Shown piece by piece: positions 28,436 to 34,010 of a stretch of 34,010 nt of DNA. The stretch is from NCBI GenBank assembly GCA_036337435.1, contig JAYZEG010000007.1:1-34010 (forward strand), read 5' to 3'. Both the position numbers and the translations under genes were made by a program. Positions within the stretch are counted from its first letter, which is position 1. Every line of letters begins with the position of its first letter. The notes under the pieces were generated by a model. It was not told where the DNA came from. It saw nothing but the letters and a program-made list of their open reading frames with translations, and did not search any database. The DNA comes from Myxococcota bacterium. GTDB lineage: Bacteria > Myxococcota_A > Bradymonadia > UBA7976 > UBA1532.

Positions 28436-31195
28436 ATGAAGGCACTCATACAACCGATTATGTTTTTCCTCTGCCTGACCAGTTATGGACTCGCGCTGCC
28501 AAACCAATTTGCCCAGTCTGGCTACTTGACCGACGCCCAGAACGCCCCCCTAGACGGAGAAGTAAATATTCGGGTGCTGATCCATGATCGTGAATCACCG
28601 CGAAACGCCGAGCTCTTGTTCGAAGAAGTTCATCAAAATGTCGACATCGACGATGGCTGGTATTTTATCCATGTCGGTGCAAATGGAAATCTGAGAAACG
28701 ATCTATTTCTAAGGGATGCTTTGTATTTCTCGATCTCGGTCGATGGCGGTCAAGAAATTTTACCTCGAATCTCTCTAGGCAAAGTCCCGGCAGCCTTCAT
28801 CTCCAATGTGGCACTCAATGTCATCGGCGATATCGAACCGCGCAGCATCAGCATCGACGGGCAGGTCGTGATCGACTCAAATGGACGATGGGTCGGTGCG
28901 CCCGCCGGACTCGCTGGACCCGCTGGCCCAGCAGGCCCTCCAGGTCCAGCTGGGCCAAGGGGTGCACAAGGTCCAGCTGGAGCAGCCGGTGTGGGCGGGT
29001 CAGATACCGCAGCGCAAGTTCTGGATAAACTGAGAACGGTCGATGGACAAGGCAGCCGAATAGATGCCGACCTTTTGGATGGCTTCGATAGCACAGACTT
29101 TCCCAGAACAGCCGCTCAGGTTCTACAACGTGTGCGAGCCGTCGATGGCACAGGCAGCGGCATCGATGCGGATCGCCTGGATGGCATTGACAGCAGCCAA
29201 TTCATCCAAACCGCTGAGCAAATTCGAGACGGCCTACGCACGGTCGACGGAGAGGGCTCTGGTGTCGATGCTGACCGATTGGATGGCCTTGATAGCCGCG
29301 ATTTTGTTCGCACTGGGGCTGATATAATCGAGCGGATTCGAGGGGTCGATGGAACTGATTCCAGGTTGGACGCTGATCGACTCGATGGTTTAGACAGCAG
29401 CCAATTCATGCGTACTGACCAAAACACCGGCACGTTGGGGAATCTATCTGTCAGCGGTGCCGTCACTGCCTCCCATATAAGACTGAGGGCAGAGGGAACC
29501 CTCGCGGTCGGGTTGGACCAAGCGCGCGCTGAAGTCGATGTAAATGGGCGGGTTCGCGCTAAATCCCTCGTCCTGGTTCCCCAAGAGAACCCGCCGGAGG
29601 ACCCGAGCACCGGACAAATTTACTATGACGCTGCAGAACGTACTTTAAAATTCTTCAATGGTGATGACTGGATTGCATTGGGGGCTGCGCCTCCCGATCC
29701 AGACGAGGCACGCGTCGACGACTACGTGAATCTGATTCGGGGGCATGGACCGGTCGCCTACTGGCGCTTAGATGACGCAGCTGGACCAGCACTTGACAGT
29801 TCAGGTGCTGGCCATCACGGACGCTACGAGGGTAATGTGCTTCGTGCTGTCGAGGGTGCCATCGGGCCGGGCACCAATTTCAACGAGGCCGGTTATATCG
29901 ACACACCTGTGGGCTTAAACGACTTGATTAGAAATGGGACGACGGCCACGGTCACGGCAGTCATTCGGCTGCCCAACGATTACACTCAGGTCCACGATCG
30001 GCCATTTAGGTCAGGCCATCACATCTGGTCCACTTGGGCCTATTGGCAAGGCATGAGCGTCGGGAACATCGGCGGTGTGTCCGGTGTTCATTTTTGGAGC
30101 TTCTATAACGGCAGCAACGAATACCGAATCAGTATCGCCGCTCAAGGTGGACGCTGGGCCCATGTCGCTTGGGTCTACCGAGGCAATCAATTCTGTGGGT
30201 ATGTCAACGGTCTGGGCCAATGTGTCAACGCCCCGCTGCCGATCGAACGCAGTTCCAATCGACTTTTTAACATCGGGCGCTATCATCAGGACCAAACATT
30301 TCCTCCGCCTTATCCCTCGGTCATCCAACATGTTGCCGTCTTCAACCAGTCGCTGGCCATCGAGCAAATCAGAGAGCAGGTCACGGCGTTGCGCGGCGAA
30401 GATGCCGTTGACGGTTCAACTCCAGATAGCACGGCCCCTACATGTCGTGAACTGCTCGAAGCAAACCCGGCTCTCGCGGGACAAGATGGTGCGTATTGGA
30501 TCAATCCATACAGTGCCAATGCGAATGATGCTGTGCAGACCTACTGTGACATGACAACAGACGGTGGCGGCTGGACACTGACTGCCTATTCGAGCGAAGG
30601 CAGCGGTGGAGGTGCCGACTGCCCGGCCCGTGACCGACGAAACCTGTATCCGATGAATGAAGGTGGCGGCCAATTTCGGCTCGACCGACAGAATTCAGCG
30701 GCCTCTCTCCGGGCGGTCCCCATCGCACGTCGCTCGTCATTCATGCTCCTGGCACGGTCGAATTTGAATCGCTATGCGGGCAATATTGCTGGGCAGACAG
30801 TGGCCACAAAGATTAGGATTCCCAACCCAGCTATCGTCACACTGGCCAATTCTAGCAATCAGGCAGGCGAAGATAGGGGTCAGTGTGTTCGTGCGGAGAT
30901 CACATCGATCATCGGGCCCGACGCAACCGGTGCTAACCGGTATTGGTTCAACCGGTCACTGGGCGTCTGTTGGACCGATACATATCCAACAAGTTACGGC
31001 GCAAACGGCTCCGATGGGTGCATGAACAATACCCAGGGACCGGCGTTCGCAACCTCGTTCACGGGCCGTTCAGCCCCTCAACGTTACTGTTGGCCCCATG
31101 ATGACCAAGGCGGTGCGTATACCTATTGGCATCGCGGGTGGTACGACCCAACAGCGGACAATCGTGGCGGTTCTGCCAGTATTTGGTTTCGGTAG
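28436..31195 (+). CDS. Secreted mosaic fibre/adhesin: collagen segment, tail-fibre-like repeats, LamG-like and fibrinogen-like domains
   Basis: Signal peptide, Gly-X-Y run, 4x VDGxGSxxDADxLDG, PVAYWRLDD/WAHVAWVY, TCREL..DGAYWI..YCDMTTDGGGWTL. Start at 28430 or 28436. Confidence 0.85.
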   Translation: MKALIQPIMFFLCLTSYGLALPNQFAQSGYLTDAQNAPLDGEVNIRVLIHDRESPRNAELLFEEVHQNVDIDDGWYFIHVGANGNLRNDLFLRDALYFSISVDGGQEILPRISLGKVPAAFISNVALNVIGDIEPRSISIDGQVVIDSNGRWVGAPAGLAGPAGPAGPPGPAGPRGAQGPAGAAGVGGSDTAAQVLDKLRTVDGQGSRIDADLLDGFDSTDFPRTAAQVLQRVRAVDGTGSGIDADRLDGIDSSQFIQTAEQIRDGLRTVDGEGSGVDADRLDGLDSRDFVRTGADIIERIRGVDGTDSRLDADRLDGLDSSQFMRTDQNTGTLGNLSVSGAVTASHIRLRAEGTLAVGLDQARAEVDVNGRVRAKSLVLVPQENPPEDPSTGQIYYDAAERTLKFFNGDDWIALGAAPPDPDEARVDDYVNLIRGHGPVAYWRLDDAAGPALDSSGAGHHGRYEGNVLRAVEGAIGPGTNFNEAGYIDTPVGLNDLIRNGTTATVTAVIRLPNDYTQVHDRPFRSGHHIWSTWAYWQGMSVGNIGGVSGVHFWSFYNGSNEYRISIAAQGGRWAHVAWVYRGNQFCGYVNGLGQCVNAPLPIERSSNRLFNIGRYHQDQTFPPPYPSVIQHVAVFNQSLAIEQIREQVTALRGEDAVDGSTPDSTAPTCRELLEANPALAGQDGAYWINPYSANANDAVQTYCDMTTDGGGWTLTAYSSEGSGGGADCPARDRRNLYPMNEGGGQFRLDRQNSAASLRAVPIARRSSFMLLARSNLNRYAGNIAGQTVATKIRIPNPAIVTLANSSNQAGEDRGQCVRAEITSIIGPDATGANRYWFNRSLGVCWTDTYPTSYGANGSDGCMNNTQGPAFATSFTGRSAPQRYCWPHDDQGGAYTYWHRGWYDPTADNRGGSASIWFR
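29006..29413 (+). repeat. Four 102-bp (34-aa) intragenic repeats
   Basis: Units begin at 29006, 29108, 29210 and 29312; consensus TAxQxxxxLRxVDGxGSxxDADRLDGxDSxxFxR. Confidence 0.9.
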
Positions 31196-31210
31196 CTGAT
31201 GGAGGTCCGA

Positions 31211-33748
31211 ATGAAACGACGAGCGTGGCCGATTTTTACCGGCCTTATTTTACTCATCACTGCCTGCTCTAGCTCGGACTCTGGACCATCAGACCAACGG
31301 GCGGATGCTCAGGTCGTCGGCTCGGACGCACTCCCAGGGGCCGACGCTGCCGCGAACGGATCAGATGGTGCCTTGGATAACCAAACCCGGGATTGCGGTG
31401 GCTGCCCGGGTCGCCAGATTTGTAATGGCGAGACAGGTCTTTGTGAAGAACCCCCGGGGTGCCAAGAAAATGAGGACTGTTTCGACACTCGAGTCTGTGT
31501 AAATGGTCGCTGCCAAGATGCCTGTGGCGTCAGTGGGTGCCCAGGACAACAAATTTGTGGCGAAAATGGACTCTGCCTCGAACCGGACAGATGTGAATCA
31601 GATGACGCATGTCTCGACAACCGAATTTGCGTAAACGAAACCTGCTTGGATCGCTGCACTGAAGATGCCACCTGCCCTGGCATGCAGAGCTGCGAGGTGA
31701 CAACGGGCCGTTGTCAAGCCAGCGAGATATGCATCGATGCACTCGATTGTGACCCTGGACAGGTCTGCGCGGACGGCACATGTTCGCCGGGTTGTGATGA
31801 GAATCGGCCCTGCAACGGGCAACAGACCTGCGTTGAAGGCATTTGTTTGGAACCGGAGCAATGTGCCGACAACTCTGACTGTTTGAGGGACCGACTCTGC
31901 GTCGAACAAACCTGTCTGGATGCCTGCCAGGAAGACGCTGATTGCCCTGGGCAGCGCCGCTGCGACCGGGAAACAGGACTCTGTCCCGAACCGGAGGTGT
32001 GCGCTGATGATAATGAATGCGACCAGGGGCGAATCTGTCTGGCCAATCGCTGTTCTGATGCCTGCGTGCAAGGCGAATGTCCCGGAGGCCAGGAGTGTGT
32101 AAACGCACGCTGCCAAGAGCCAGACCTATGCATCGGTGATTTAGATTGCATTGCCGATCGCATCTGCGAGAGAGGGCGCTGCTCGGACCCATGCCAAGAC
32201 GATAGTGACTGCTTGGGGAGTGACGTCTGTGCTCCTAACATGGGTCGATGTGTCGAATTTCAACCTGAGTGTATCATCGACGATGACTGCCCGGCGAATG
32301 CAGCCTGCATCATCGGAACGTGCCGTGAGGGGCGGTGTATGAGCCATGCCAATTGCCCTGCTGGTGAAGACTGCATCGACGGGGGATGTGCCCCTGCCCT
32401 CCGACCAGACTGTCGAAACGATGACGACTGTGACGATGGTCAAAGATGTGCAGACTTTGGTCGATGTGTGGACGCCGGCCCGTGCAGAGAGCAGGCTGAT
32501 TGCAATGGCCTGAACTCCATTTGTTTCGACACACGGTGCGTGGCCTGCAGGGTCGATGCCGACTGTCAACGGAGCGAGATCTGTCACGGCGGTCGATGCG
32601 AATCTCAAGGTGTCTGCAACCAAGACGATGACTGCCCTGGCGTCGAGAGTGCCTGTGAGAACAACCGGTGTATCGCAGCCCCATGTCAAGGCGATGAATT
32701 CGACCTGCGCTTGGGCCGTCCGCAACTCGATGCGAGACTCTATACTAACCTAGTTCTTTGCGACGGCGACGCCGATCTATACCGATTTGAAATCGGCCCT
32801 GGCGAAGGTGCAATGGTTCACGTCCGGCACCAAGAGGATGCCGGCGATTTGCTCCTGAACGTCAGGGCTCTCGGTGAAGACGCTTGGGGACAGAGCATCG
32901 CGGGCGTCGCCAGGGCTGGCATATTGCCGAAACCCGTACCGAGAATGCTCGAGGTATCGATCACAGGTCGGGCCGGATATCGAACACCCTACTGGCTTGA
33001 CCTACGTCGCACAACGCCCGAAGATTGCGTGCCTGATGACTATGAGCCAGCACTCGGTAACAACCTGCAGGAAACCGCCCAACCCCTTGAAATCAACCCC
33101 AACTCAGCCGTCTCGAGACTCTGCCGTAACGATAGAGACTGGTTCCGCTTTATCGCTCCGGGCGGCACATCTGTGACCGCTGTGATCACCAGTGACCAAT
33201 TGGCTGGGCTCAATGCGACTCTGGTCAATTCGGTTGGGGGACTTGCAGGAGACGTCGTGAACGACGGACGCGACAAACGCATCACGGTGTCCCCGCAAAG
33301 ACGTACAGAGTATGGGCTCGAATTGAGCCTCGCGCCTGGCGTTGTCACAGCGACCAATTTTATCCGACTTGACGTCGAATCGAATGGAGATGCAGAGGCT
33401 CGTGCTTGTGCCGATGCCCCCCGGATAAACGTAGGGGATGTAGTCTGGTTCGACAATCAACTGGGTGTCGACCGTATCTCAAATCAATGCGGAGGTCCGA
33501 GTCTGTTCAATGATCGCGTGGCACGCTTCACCATCGTGCAAGACGCTCAGTATTTGATTCGAACGATGCAGGCAGATCGGTCGACGACTATCGCCCTTCG
33601 GTCAGACTGCGCTGATCCGCAGAGCGAACAAACGTGTGGTGGAAATGGTGAAGTCGGTCCAGTGCCACTCACGCCTGGTGATTACTGGGTTATCGTCGAC
33701 AGTCCGCTCGCAGTCCCCTTAGGATTGCTCGTTGAACGCGTCGACTAA
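31211..33748 (+). CDS. Cysteine-rich repeat lipoprotein with C-terminal PPC-like domains
   Basis: GGAGG SD, lipobox ITAC, tandem 8-Cys repeats, LCDGDADLY and LCRNDRDWF domains, LTPGDYWVIVD. Confidence 0.85.
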   Translation: MKRRAWPIFTGLILLITACSSSDSGPSDQRADAQVVGSDALPGADAAANGSDGALDNQTRDCGGCPGRQICNGETGLCEEPPGCQENEDCFDTRVCVNGRCQDACGVSGCPGQQICGENGLCLEPDRCESDDACLDNRICVNETCLDRCTEDATCPGMQSCEVTTGRCQASEICIDALDCDPGQVCADGTCSPGCDENRPCNGQQTCVEGICLEPEQCADNSDCLRDRLCVEQTCLDACQEDADCPGQRRCDRETGLCPEPEVCADDNECDQGRICLANRCSDACVQGECPGGQECVNARCQEPDLCIGDLDCIADRICERGRCSDPCQDDSDCLGSDVCAPNMGRCVEFQPECIIDDDCPANAACIIGTCREGRCMSHANCPAGEDCIDGGCAPALRPDCRNDDDCDDGQRCADFGRCVDAGPCREQADCNGLNSICFDTRCVACRVDADCQRSEICHGGRCESQGVCNQDDDCPGVESACENNRCIAAPCQGDEFDLRLGRPQLDARLYTNLVLCDGDADLYRFEIGPGEGAMVHVRHQEDAGDLLLNVRALGEDAWGQSIAGVARAGILPKPVPRMLEVSITGRAGYRTPYWLDLRRTTPEDCVPDDYEPALGNNLQETAQPLEINPNSAVSRLCRNDRDWFRFIAPGGTSVTAVITSDQLAGLNATLVNSVGGLAGDVVNDGRDKRITVSPQRRTEYGLELSLAPGVVTATNFIRLDVESNGDAEARACADAPRINVGDVVWFDNQLGVDRISNQCGGPSLFNDRVARFTIVQDAQYLIRTMQADRSTTIALRSDCADPQSEQTCGGNGEVGPVPLTPGDYWVIVDSPLAVPLGLLVERVD

Positions 33749-34010
33749 ATCGTCAGAGCGCCGTCCGACTTGTCTTGGACCACTCTCGGCGAGCTCTAAA
33801 ACGATGAACAGTGCCGAGAGAACAGCGAGAGACGATCCGAATAAATTGGAAACGGGGCTTGCCACACAAAACGTGCCGGCCAGCCCAACGCTCAATGAAT
33901 GTGCGTCATTCTAAGCAAGAAACGCCGTCCCCCAAGCCCAATAGAGCGCGCGGCTGGCTAAACCGGTGTCAAGCAAATCGAATACAAACATGACATGCGT
34001 CCAAAAAAAA

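Noticed and set aside
29006..29413. 102-bp periodic repeats as CRISPR or prophage
   Set aside because: Conserved at the protein level with synonymous divergence; no cas, capsid, terminase or integrase genes nearby.
33732..34010. Short terminal ORFs and trailing A-run
   Set aside because: 60-aa ORFs without motifs; probably intergenic sequence cut by the window edge.

Overview
A gene-dense bacterial chromosomal segment of moderate GC with about 22 CDS. It most likely comes from a Myxococcota-type deltaproteobacterium, judging by a MYXO-CTERM-like tail, a GKADG lipoprotein motif and many lipoproteins with acidic linkers. It contains lipid-metabolism genes (acyl-CoA desaturase, CaiB/racemase-type CoA transferase, SDR), an FKBP lipoprotein, a DTW tRNA-modification enzyme and a large set of secreted or lipid-anchored hydrolases and adhesin-like proteins (collagen-like, TSP3, LamG, fibrinogen-like, CAP, Cys-rich, beta-helix). 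I saw no rRNA, tRNA, CRISPR array or mobile element. The best leads are: (1) a MetRS homologue whose methionine-pocket and anticodon-reading residues both appear replaced, plus a ~60-aa insertion; (2) an MCE/MlaD-C2-like fusion directly upstream of an uncharacterised 1122-aa membrane protein; (3) a mosaic phage-fibre/collagen/LamG/fibrinogen protein paired with a Cys-rich lipoprotein; (4) a densely base-paired leader upstream of the desaturase. All assignments come from motif recognition by eye; no searches were run.
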